DNA of 64,000 bases from Bacteroidales bacterium UBA5326 (GCA_002408205.1 DHQY01000003.1:132-64131); one strand, 5' to 3'. Shown: positions 1-7,917, numbered from the stretch's first letter. Program-made: numbers and translations. The notes: generated from the letters alone by a model not told the origin.

Positions 1-33
1 ACTCTCTCTTCTTTCAATTATTTTATATTATTC

Positions 34-107
34 AGTCCCGTAGCTCAGTTGGTTAGAGCACTACACTGATAATGTAGGGGTCAGCGGTTCAACTCCGCTC
101 GGGACTA
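34..107 (+). tRNA. tRNA-Ile (anticodon GAU)
   Basis: Hand-folded cloverleaf: acceptor AGTCCCG/CGGGACT, D arm GCTC..GAGC, anticodon stem CTACA/TGTAG with loop CTGATAA (GAT at 68-70), T arm AGCGG-TTCAACT-CCGCT, discriminator A107. No CCA is encoded. Confidence 0.93.
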
Positions 108-123
108 CTACAGAGGACGCATT

Positions 124-197
124 GGGGGTATAGCTCAGTTGGCTAGAGCACCTGCTTTGCAAGCAGGGGGTCGTCGGTTCGACTCCGTCTATCTCCA
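124..197 (+). tRNA. tRNA-Ala (anticodon UGC)
   Basis: Cloverleaf: acceptor GGGGGTA/TATCTCC with the G3:U70 alanine identity pair, and anticodon loop TTTGCAA (TGC at 158-160). The T arm GTCGG-TTCGACT-CCGTC contains one U:U mismatch (174:188). Confidence 0.88.
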
Positions 198-207
198 CAA
201 AACTAAG

Positions 208-240
208 CCTTTCAAATTCAACGATTTGAAAGGTTTTTTC
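208..240 (+). terminator. Rho-independent terminator after the tRNA-Ile/tRNA-Ala pair (also faces the nadA 3' end)
   Basis: 10-bp stem CCTTTCAAAT (208-217) / ATTTGAAAGG (223-232), 5-nt loop, then TTTTTT (233-238). Confidence 0.8.
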
Positions 241-259
241 TTTTTGAGTTCCCACTCGT

Positions 260-1174
260 TTAAACTTCCAGCATACGCCTAATAGGCAATAAGGCTTGTT
301 CCTGTAATGTTTTATCAATAACAACCGGGGAGTATTCCATTTGCAGTGTATGCAAAACTTTCTCAAGAGTTACTCTTTTCATGTCCGAACAGACGATTGT
401 GTCGCTTACGGGAATAAATGTCTTTTGAGGGTTTTCCTTTTTCATCCGGTGAATGACCCCGGGTTCTGTAACAATTACAAACTCCTTTTTCCCGGATTGC
501 CGCACATGATTGATCATACCGGAGGTCGAGTAAAAGAAAACATTTTCCATGGCCATTATTTCCGGATCTGTGGAACAACTGCTCTCCGGATGAATGAGAA
601 TGTCTGCCCCGGGATATTCACGTTTTTTACTAATGATGGATGACCGGTCAAAAAAGCGGTGTACGCAACAGTCTCCCTGCCAAATTTCCATATCGCGCCC
701 GGTCCTGAGTCTGATATAACCTCCCAGATTTTTATCGGGAACAAAAAGAATTTTCTTTTCCGGAACAATATGTTCAACCACCCGCAGCGCGTTGGCCGAT
801 GTACAACAATAGTCGGAATACGCTTTCACGGCTGCGGAAGTATTTACATAGGTTACAACAACCCCGTCGGGATGTTTTGCCTTCCAATGCAGAATATCTT
901 CCGGTCCGATACTTTCCGCCAGAGAGCATCCTGCGCCGGGATGGGGGATTAGCACCTTTTTTTGAGGGCAAAGGATGGCTACTGTTTCGGCCATAAAATG
1001 CACTCCACAACAGACAATAACCGGAGCGGTCGTTTTGGCTGCCATTTGTGCCAGACCCAAAGAGTCTCCCAGGTAATCTGCGATATCCTGTACCTCGGGT
1101 CTAACATAGAAATGAGCTAAAATAACGGCTTTTTTTTCTTCTTTCAGCCTTGCTATTTCTTTGACAAGGTCCAT
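260..1174 (-). CDS. nadA: Quinolinate synthase NadA
   Basis: 304-aa ORF with a NadA-type sequence (MDLVKEIARLKEEKKAVILAHFY...). It is the last gene of a co-oriented nadB-nadC-nadA run. Confidence 0.93.
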   Translation of the reverse strand: MDLVKEIARLKEEKKAVILAHFYVRPEVQDIADYLGDSLGLAQMAAKTTAPVIVCCGVHFMAETVAILCPQKKVLIPHPGAGCSLAESIGPEDILHWKAKHPDGVVVTYVNTSAAVKAYSDYCCTSANALRVVEHIVPEKKILFVPDKNLGGYIRLRTGRDMEIWQGDCCVHRFFDRSSIISKKREYPGADILIHPESSCSTDPEIMAMENVFFYSTSGMINHVRQSGKKEFVIVTEPGVIHRMKKENPQKTFIPVSDTIVCSDMKRVTLEKVLHTLQMEYSPVVIDKTLQEQALLPIRRMLEV

Positions 1175-1175
1175 A

Positions 1176-2018
1176 TTACAACCCGGTTTGAATGTTCATG
1201 CTTATATCCAGTGCAGTAACTGAATGGGTCAGCGCTCCCACGCTGATGTAATCTACTCCGGTGGTCGCAACTTCCCTTATCCGGCCCAATGTCATGTTCC
1301 CCGAAGCTTCGGTTTTCGCCTTTTTATCCACCAGGCGAACGGCCTCGGCCATAAGGGAGGTGGACATATTATCCAGCATAATAATATCGGCTCCCGAGGT
1401 AAGAGCTTCCTTTACCTCTTCTATACATGTGGTTTCGACTTCAATACGTACGCCGGGCGTTATGTAGTCTCTTACCTGCTGTACAGCCCGGGTAATACTG
1501 CCCGCTACCTTAATATGGTTGTCTTTGATAAGGGCCAGATCGTACAGTCCCATCCGGTGATTGGTCCCGCCTCCGGCCTTAACGGCCATCTTATCAAGGA
1601 TTCTCATGCCGGGAGCCGTTTTACGTGTATCCAGAAGATGAGTTTGGGTTCCTTCTGTTTCCTTAACATATAAAGCAGTGGCCGTAGCAATGCCGGACAT
1701 ACGCTGCAATATGTTCAACACGGTACGTTCGGCTGTCAGCAGCGCGCGAAAATTGCCTTCTACTTTCAGAATTACATCTCCTTGTGAGACCTTTTCCCCT
1801 TCTTTAACATACGGCGTACAAATGATGTCTTTATCCAGTCGGCTAAATACTTTCCCGGCTATCTCAAGGCCGGAAACTATACCATTGGCTTTCATAGTAA
1901 GCGTGGCAACGGCACGTGAATTTTCGGGAATAAGGGCATTGGTAGTGATGTCCCCGGCAGCCACATCTTCTTCAAATGCCAGCGTAATTATCTGGTCAAT
2001 CAATTGTTCCCTGTTCAT
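1176..2018 (-). CDS. nadC: Nicotinate-nucleotide pyrophosphorylase (quinolinate phosphoribosyltransferase) NadC
   Basis: 280-aa ORF with family-typical sequence. It lies 1 nt from nadA and overlaps nadB by 23 nt. Confidence 0.92.
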   Translation of the reverse strand: MNREQLIDQIITLAFEEDVAAGDITTNALIPENSRAVATLTMKANGIVSGLEIAGKVFSRLDKDIICTPYVKEGEKVSQGDVILKVEGNFRALLTAERTVLNILQRMSGIATATALYVKETEGTQTHLLDTRKTAPGMRILDKMAVKAGGGTNHRMGLYDLALIKDNHIKVAGSITRAVQQVRDYITPGVRIEVETTCIEEVKEALTSGADIIMLDNMSTSLMAEAVRLVDKKAKTEASGNMTLGRIREVATTGVDYISVGALTHSVTALDISMNIQTGL

Positions 2019-3594
2019 GATTTGTGTTTTTTATTACGGGTTCTGTATAGATATCTTTATCTTTTTGTTGTATCAGGTGTTTTTCAAAGGCTGTTTCCGT
2101 GGAAGGAAAATCTTTCCTGAAATGACCTCCGCGGCTTTCCTTTCTGTATAATGCCGCCCGTATGATCAGACCGGCTACCGTGATCAGGTGATTACTTAGC
2201 AAAGTATAGTATTCGTTGTTGTCTGTGTGTATTTTCTGCCGTTCTTCTTTGAGCAGGGCCAGACCCTCTGACAGGGAAGAATCTTCCCGGATGATTCCGG
2301 CATGAACGCTCATAATATCTGCAATGTGTTTTTTCAGTCTTACATATTCTCCGGACAGGCTCTCGTCCCTGTATATATATTTTGTGAATGAAGGCCAGTC
2401 CGTTTTTGGTTGTTGATGTGCAACGGTGTGTTCTATAGCGCGGAAGCCGAAAACCAGGCATTCGAGTAAAGAATTGGAGGCAAGCCTGTTGGCTCCCATT
2501 ATTCCTGTTGAGGCCAATTCGCCGCATACAAACAGACGCCGGATGTTTGTTCTTCCGTATAAATCGGTTCTGACTCCGCCAACCATGTAATGTGCGGCAG
2601 GGGCAACAGGGATCCTGTTTGTAATATCTATCCCGAGTTGATCACATTTTTCGGAGATGTGCGGGAATCTTTCACGTATCCGTTTAGGATTCAGGTGGTC
2701 CAGTGTCAGGTATACGAAAGGTTGTTCCTGTCCGGAAATTTCGCATGCGATAGTCCGGGCTACGATATCTCTGGGAGCCAGCTCGGCATTCTCGTGAATG
2801 GCTTTCATGAAACGTTCTCCTTTCTGGTTTACCAGGCAGGCACCCTCTCCGCGCACCGCTTCACTGATAAGGTAATTTTTTTCTGAGGTGGTATACAGGG
2901 TCGTAGGGTGGAACTGGATAAATTCCATATCGGCAATCCGGCATCCTGCGTTATAGGCAATTGCTACTCCATCTCCAATAGTGGTCGCCGGGTTGGATGT
3001 ATGTGCATAAATGGCCGAAGCTCCGCCCGAGGCCAGAATGGTATTTTTTCCCAGGAAATGTTGCTCACAACAAGCCGCCGTATTCCATGTCCTTATTCCA
3101 AAGCAAATGCCATCATACATTAAAAGTCCCACAGCCTGATGATGTTCGAAAATATCGATGTTATGGCAGGCGCGAACTTTATTGATCATGAAATCTGTTA
3201 TGACCATCCCGGTGACATCGCCGCCTGCATGCAAGATCCTTCTTTTATGATGACCGCCTTCGAGCCCCAATAATAAGGTGCCGTCTTGGCGGTCAAAATA
3301 CATACCCTCCCTTTCAAGTTCTCTTATCCTTTCGGGGCCTTCATTTACCAGGATATCTACGGCAGGATGATCACACAGTCCCCTTCCGGCGGTAATAGTG
3401 TCGCTATAATGAAAAATGGGGGCGTCTTCTCTGTCCGTGACAGCGGCAATTCCTCCCTGGGCATAATATGAATTGCTTTCCCGGAGATCAGTTTTGGTAA
3501 TCAGGGCAACGGTCCCGTATTTTGCAGCCCTGAAAGAAGCATAAAGACCGGCCAATCCGCTCCCGATAACCACATAATCATACTTTGGCATCAC
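1996..3594 (-). CDS. nadB: L-aspartate oxidase NadB
   Basis: 532 aa. N-terminal FAD dinucleotide fold VVIGSGLAGLY, fumarate-reductase/succinate-dehydrogenase flavoprotein-like body, nad operon context. Confidence 0.92.
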   Translation of the reverse strand: MMPKYDYVVIGSGLAGLYASFRAAKYGTVALITKTDLRESNSYYAQGGIAAVTDREDAPIFHYSDTITAGRGLCDHPAVDILVNEGPERIRELEREGMYFDRQDGTLLLGLEGGHHKRRILHAGGDVTGMVITDFMINKVRACHNIDIFEHHQAVGLLMYDGICFGIRTWNTAACCEQHFLGKNTILASGGASAIYAHTSNPATTIGDGVAIAYNAGCRIADMEFIQFHPTTLYTTSEKNYLISEAVRGEGACLVNQKGERFMKAIHENAELAPRDIVARTIACEISGQEQPFVYLTLDHLNPKRIRERFPHISEKCDQLGIDITNRIPVAPAAHYMVGGVRTDLYGRTNIRRLFVCGELASTGIMGANRLASNSLLECLVFGFRAIEHTVAHQQPKTDWPSFTKYIYRDESLSGEYVRLKKHIADIMSVHAGIIREDSSLSEGLALLKEERQKIHTDNNEYYTLLSNHLITVAGLIIRAALYRKESRGGHFRKDFPSTETAFEKHLIQQKDKDIYTEPVIKNTNHEQGTID

Positions 3595-3678
3595 TTTGAT
3601 TTTGTGGCGCGAAATTACTCTTTTTTCTCATATTTCGGTGCTAAAAAGGGTGTTTGGTTAACCCAGGGGGGAAAAGGC

Positions 3679-4329
3679 TCAGAGAAGCGAGCGTTCCTGA
3701 CGGGAATAAAGAATAGTTTCCAGCAAAGGGCGCAACGGCTCACGGAAGACATAGACAATCAGCACAAGAATAACTATCAGTAAGATAATACCCAAAGTGA
3801 TCCACATTCCGCCCAGATGCCGTTGTTTCGTATCCCTATCCGATGATGCAAGTGCCGGAGGCGGTGTTTCGGCCGGGGTAAGTTCTTCGTGTTTTGGCGG
3901 CGAAACAGGGCTTTTGATTTTTGACGGAGCTTCCAGCGGACTGAGAGAAAGCGGGACGAGGCCGAAACCTCCCGGATTGAGTGTAATGCTTTTATCAATT
4001 ACAAAGAAGATATCCCCCTCCTTGGTACGGCGTAATTTTCCGAAATCTTCCAGCGTGACCGATTTTTCTTTGTTCAGGGAATGGTTTATCCTTACTAATA
4101 GTTCATTCAGTTCTGCTTTAGATTCCACGGCGTTTTCCAGCAGTCCGTCGTTCCATGTTTCAGAGGCCTTAAAAGAAATGCGACGACCCGGAGGCAAAAG
4201 TACATGCGAATCTCTTGTAAATGAGGCCGGTATATCTTCCGCAATAAAACTGCCCAGCGTGCCTAGCGACACACGGTTGCGGGTAAGCAGCAATTCCTTG
4301 CAATGAGAAGCTAATTGAGAGGTTTCCAT
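3679..4329 (-). CDS. Membrane-anchored protein with two HU-CCDC81-like (HU-fold) modules
   Basis: 216 aa. It has two copies of the 'L/FG.F....PP/NPG..I.F' pattern (VSLGTLGSFIAEDIPASF...LLPPGRRISF and VTLEDFGKLRR...ITLNPGGFG), a Pro-rich linker and a C-terminal TM helix (MWITLGIILLIVILVLIVYVF). Confidence 0.6.
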   Translation of the reverse strand: METSQLASHCKELLLTRNRVSLGTLGSFIAEDIPASFTRDSHVLLPPGRRISFKASETWNDGLLENAVESKAELNELLVRINHSLNKEKSVTLEDFGKLRRTKEGDIFFVIDKSITLNPGGFGLVPLSLSPLEAPSKIKSPVSPPKHEELTPAETPPPALASSDRDTKQRHLGGMWITLGIILLIVILVLIVYVFREPLRPLLETILYSRQERSLL

Positions 4330-4338
4330 TTTCGTTTA

Positions 4339-4346
4339 CAAAATTA
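4339..4346 (-). promoter_or_regulatory. TAnnTTTG -7 box (TAATTTTG on the minus strand) for the HU-CCDC81-like gene
   Basis: Plus strand reads CAAAATTA. The box lies 9 nt upstream of the ATG at 4329. Confidence 0.45.
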
Positions 4347-4389
4347 CACTTTTTTAGGAAAAGATTTTGCTGGTTCAGGAAAATCCGTT

Positions 4390-4397
4390 TATATTTG
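4390..4397 (+). promoter_or_regulatory. TAnnTTTG -7 box (TATATTTG) for tRNA-Asn
   Basis: Bacteroidetes sigma-A -7 consensus, 20 nt upstream of the mature tRNA 5' end. Confidence 0.5.
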
Positions 4398-4417
4398 CAC
4401 TCCCGTTTGGGAAAAAT

Positions 4418-4494
4418 TCCTCATTAGCTCAGTTGGTTAGAGCACCTGACTGTTAATCAGGGGGTCCAAGGTTCAAGTCCTTGATGAGGAGCCA
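4418..4494 (+). tRNA. tRNA-Asn (anticodon GUU), CCA encoded
   Basis: Perfect cloverleaf: acceptor TCCTCAT/ATGAGGA, anticodon stem CCTGA/TCAGG with loop CTGTTAA (GTT), T arm CAAGG-TTCAAGT-CCTTG, discriminator G, then CCA. Confidence 0.95.
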
Positions 4495-4498
4495 AATA

Positions 4499-4529
4499 AA
4501 GAGCAGTAAAACATACTGCTCTTTTTTTT
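4499..4529 (+). terminator. Rho-independent terminator after tRNA-Asn
   Basis: 9-bp stem AAGAGCAGT / ACTGCTCTT with a 7-nt loop, followed by a T run (4522-4529). Confidence 0.85.
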
Positions 4530-4563
4530 ATGCCCGGAGAATAGGTGTTATTTAAAAAAAAAG

Positions 4564-4571
4564 TATATTTG
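4564..4571 (+). promoter_or_regulatory. TAnnTTTG -7 box (TATATTTG) for the thr leader transcript
   Basis: Consensus box 9 nt upstream of the leader ORF ATG at 4581. Confidence 0.5.
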
Positions 4572-4580
4572 CCGCAGAAT

Positions 4581-4643
4581 ATGCATTATTTCGCCGGACA
4601 TATTATTATCACCATTACCATTATTACCCCTTTGGGGGTTTAA
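4581..4643 (+). CDS. Candidate thr-operon leader peptide (20 aa, MHYFAGHIIITITIITPLGV)
   Basis: ATG..TAA ORF, too short for the ORF track. Nine consecutive codons (4602-4628) are Ile x6 / Thr x3. It sits between a promoter box and the ApgM-like/thrC genes. Confidence 0.6.
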   Translation: MHYFAGHIIITITIITPLGV

Positions 4644-4663
4644 TTCTTTCGTTTCCGGCCAGG

Positions 4664-4681
4664 AAGGCTTAGAGCCTTTTT
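4664..4681 (+). terminator. Weak candidate attenuator hairpin plus U tract in the thr leader
   Basis: AAGGCT (4664-4669) / AGCCTT (4673-4678) with a 3-nt loop, followed by TTTTT. The stem is short and was not folded computationally. Confidence 0.3.
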
Positions 4682-4781
4682 GCTACAAAAATCCAAAACA
4701 AAATAAAATCTGATCTTCGGAACGGCCATTTGTGTCTCCGGGCGCCGTGTATGCAGATCGTTAATGGTAATGACAATAATC

Positions 4782-6038
4782 ATGAAATATATAATAATAT
4801 TGGGAGACGGAATGGCCGATGAGCCTGTTCCGGCATTGGGCGGAAAAACACCTTTACAGGCGGCCTTTACTCCATGTATGGATGCGATGGCCCGTGCGGG
4901 TCGTTGCGGATACCTGAGAACCATACCTCAGGGCTTTTCTCCGGGGAGCGAGATCGCCAATATGAGCCTCCTCGGGTACGATGTACGCACTCAGTTTGAA
5001 GGGCGGGGCTCTCTGGAAGCGGCCAGCATGGGAATAGAAATCCCCGCCGGTTTTATGGCTGCCCGGTGCAATCTTATTTGTGAACAAAACGGCCGGATAA
5101 AAAATCATTCAGCCGGGCATATTACTACCAGTGAAGCTACCGAGCTGATGCTTTTCCTGCAAAGGGAAATGGGGTCCGGCGAGGTGCGCTTCTTCCCCGG
5201 CGTCTCTTACCGTCATTTACTGTTAGTGAAAGGGGGCGATAAACGCATAGATTGTACCCCGCCGCACGATGTAGCTGGAACTGAGTGCGATAAGGTGATG
5301 GTGAAAGCACTCGTGCCCGGGGCGATGGGTACCGCGGACCTGTTAAATCACCTGATCCTGCGTTCCCGGGAATTGTTGCCCGGTCATCCCGTGAATTTAA
5401 AAAGAAAAGCCGAAGGCAAGGACCTAGCCAATTCCATTTGGCCCTGGTCTCCCGGTTACCGTCCGGTTATGAAACCTCTTACAGCATTATATCCCATAAG
5501 CAGCGGATCTGTTATATCGGCTGTTGACCTGATAAAAGGCCTTGGGGTGTATGCGGGCCTGGAACCTGTTGATGTTCCAGGTGCCACCGGATTGTATACG
5601 ACCAATTACGAGGGGAAAGCCCGTGCCGCGCTCGATGAGCTTCGCCGGAAAGATTTTGTTTTTTTACATGTCGAGGCCTCGGACGAGGCCGGTCACGAAG
5701 GCAACGTGGACCTGAAGATCCGTACCATTGAATACCTGGAACACCGTCTTATACGTCTCATTTACGAAGAAACGGCAAAATGGGATCACGAGGTAACCAT
5801 AGCCGTCCTTCCCGACCATCCCACATATTGTCGTACACGTACCCATGCCGCCGATCCGGTTCCTTTTTTGATTTATCGCCCGGGTAACCGGAATCAAAAA
5901 TCATCTGATGATTTTGAGGCAGATGCCGTACAGGTCTTTGACGAATTTTCTGTCTCGGAAGGTGCTTACGGAGTACTCGAAGGCGATGGCTTTATCCGTG
6001 CTTTTTTTAATCAACAACCTATAATTTTAAACAAATGA
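4782..6038 (+). CDS. ApgM-family (cofactor-independent phosphoglycerate mutase-like) metalloenzyme; probable non-orthologous homoserine kinase
   Basis: MKYIIILGDGMADEPVPALGGKTPLQAA... is the typical ApgM N-terminus. The ORF track start at 4764 was trimmed to the ATG at 4782. ATGA overlap with thrC. Confidence 0.8.
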   Translation: MKYIIILGDGMADEPVPALGGKTPLQAAFTPCMDAMARAGRCGYLRTIPQGFSPGSEIANMSLLGYDVRTQFEGRGSLEAASMGIEIPAGFMAARCNLICEQNGRIKNHSAGHITTSEATELMLFLQREMGSGEVRFFPGVSYRHLLLVKGGDKRIDCTPPHDVAGTECDKVMVKALVPGAMGTADLLNHLILRSRELLPGHPVNLKRKAEGKDLANSIWPWSPGYRPVMKPLTALYPISSGSVISAVDLIKGLGVYAGLEPVDVPGATGLYTTNYEGKARAALDELRRKDFVFLHVEASDEAGHEGNVDLKIRTIEYLEHRLIRLIYEETAKWDHEVTIAVLPDHPTYCRTRTHAADPVPFLIYRPGNRNQKSSDDFEADAVQVFDEFSVSEGAYGVLEGDGFIRAFFNQQPIILNK

Positions 6039-7342
6039 ACTATTACAGTACCAACCGACAATCCCCACACGTTAATCTCAGAGAAGCCGTTGTGAAAAGC
6101 CTGGCCCCGGACAGCGGACTCTATATGCCGGAATGTATCCCGATAATGCCGCCATCTTTCTTTGACCGGATTGAAAACAAAAGCTTTCAGGAGATCTCTT
6201 ACGACATTGCCCTGGCATTCTTCGGGGAAGATATTGACAAAGAAGCTCTTAGTCAGATTGTTTATGATACGCTTTCTTTTGATGTGCCTTTGCATGAAGT
6301 AAGCAGGGATATATACAGTCTGGAGTTATATTACGGCCCCACGCTGGCCTTTAAAGATATCGGGTCGCGCTTTATGGCGCGGTTACTTAGTTATTTTACG
6401 CAGGAAAACGGCCGCGAACGGGCCGATATTCTGGTGGCCACAACCGGTGATACGGGCGGTGCCGTAGCCAACGGATTTCTGGGAGTGGACGGAGTCCATG
6501 TACATGTGCTCTATCCCGGAGGGATGGTCAGTGATATACAGGAAAAACAGTTTACCACCCTTGGAGGTAACGTAACCGCGCTGGAAGTGGACGGCACATT
6601 TGACGATTGTCAGCGTTTGGTTAAAACGGCTTTTGTGGATAATGAGCTTCAAGGCAGACTTAACCTGACATCTGCCAATTCAATTAACGTGGCCCGTTTT
6701 CTGCCCCAGATATTTTATTATTTCCATGCCTGTGCCCAGTGGAAAAAAATGAATCCCCGGAGAAAAACAGAGCTTGTTTTTTCCATCCCCAGCGGAAATT
6801 TTGGCAATATTACGGCGGCTTCTTTCGCACGAAGAATGGGTTTGCCTGTGAAGAGACTTATTGCAGCCAATAACCGGAACGATGTGTTTTTTGACTTTCT
6901 CAGAACCGGACAGTACCGTCCCCGGCCTTCCGTTGCTACACTGGCAAATGCCATGGATGTGGGCGATCCGAGTAATTTTGCCCGCGTGCTCGATCTTTTT
7001 GATCATTCCCATGAGGCCGTGTGTCGCCATATACGCGGCGCCCGTTTTGATGACAGACAGATTGCAGAGACTATCTCCGCTTTGTATAAAGAGACCGGTT
7101 ATTTAATGGATCCTCACGGGGCCTGCGGCTATGCCGCTCTAAAAGAAGGCCTGGAGAACGACGAGACCGGAATCTTCCTGGAAACGGCACATCCGGCCAA
7201 ATTCAAAGAAATTGTTGAAAAGATAATCGGGGCAGAGATTGAAATGCCCGGGCAGCTAGCCTCATTTATGCAAAGTGAAAAACAAACCGTCCCCTTAAGC
7301 AGCCGTTATGAGGACTTTAAGGCGTATCTTATGGCCTGTTAG
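6035..7342 (+). CDS. thrC: Threonine synthase
   Basis: 435 aa. PLP-lysine motif GPTLAFKDIG and overall ThrC family features. Confidence 0.93.
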   Translation: MNYYSTNRQSPHVNLREAVVKSLAPDSGLYMPECIPIMPPSFFDRIENKSFQEISYDIALAFFGEDIDKEALSQIVYDTLSFDVPLHEVSRDIYSLELYYGPTLAFKDIGSRFMARLLSYFTQENGRERADILVATTGDTGGAVANGFLGVDGVHVHVLYPGGMVSDIQEKQFTTLGGNVTALEVDGTFDDCQRLVKTAFVDNELQGRLNLTSANSINVARFLPQIFYYFHACAQWKKMNPRRKTELVFSIPSGNFGNITAASFARRMGLPVKRLIAANNRNDVFFDFLRTGQYRPRPSVATLANAMDVGDPSNFARVLDLFDHSHEAVCRHIRGARFDDRQIAETISALYKETGYLMDPHGACGYAALKEGLENDETGIFLETAHPAKFKEIVEKIIGAEIEMPGQLASFMQSEKQTVPLSSRYEDFKAYLMAC

Positions 7343-7902
7343 AATGAGATCACGTTTAGATGTTCCAGAACAATCTTCACTCCGATAAGTATAAGAATAA
7401 TACCGCCGGCCAGTTCCGCCCGGGAACTGAGCCGGTTCCCGAAAACCGTGCCAATTTTTACACCCAGGAAAGACAGAAGGAAAGTAATTGCTCCTATAAG
7501 CGCCACCGCAAGCAAAATATTAGTCTGAAGAAAACCGAGTGTGATGCCAACGGCCAAAGCGTCAATGCTGGTGGCAACGGCCAGTACCAGCATGGTTCTG
7601 GCCGCAAAAGAACAATCCGTTTTATTATCCTTATCGAAAGATTCCACAATCATCTTGCCTCCGATGAAAACAAGCAAACCCAAAGCAATCCAGTGGTCCA
7701 CACCGGCTATCAGGGAATGAAGCCGGCTGCCCAGCAGATAGCCCAGAGCAGGCATAAGCGCCTGAAAACCTCCAAAGTAAAGGCCCGCTTTTAAGGCGTT
7801 TTTCCAGTTCATTTCTTTCATGGCCATGCCTTTGCAGACAGAAACGGCAAAGGCATCCATGGAAAGGCCAACGGCCATAAATAGGAGGTTAAGAATACCC
7901 AT
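7339..7902 (-). CDS. mntP: Manganese efflux pump MntP
   Basis: 187-aa polytopic membrane protein with the duplicated MntP motif (LSMDAFAVS / TSIDALAVG). Confidence 0.88.
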   Translation of the reverse strand: MGILNLLFMAVGLSMDAFAVSVCKGMAMKEMNWKNALKAGLYFGGFQALMPALGYLLGSRLHSLIAGVDHWIALGLLVFIGGKMIVESFDKDNKTDCSFAARTMLVLAVATSIDALAVGITLGFLQTNILLAVALIGAITFLLSFLGVKIGTVFGNRLSSRAELAGGIILILIGVKIVLEHLNVISF

Positions 7903-7917
7903 ACGGTATTAATTCAG

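Noticed and set aside
4330-4560. tRNA-Asn as an integration hotspot for a genomic island or mobile element.
   Set aside because: There is no integrase, no direct repeat of the tRNA 3' end, and no foreign-looking genes on either side. The flanks are nad and thr biosynthesis genes.
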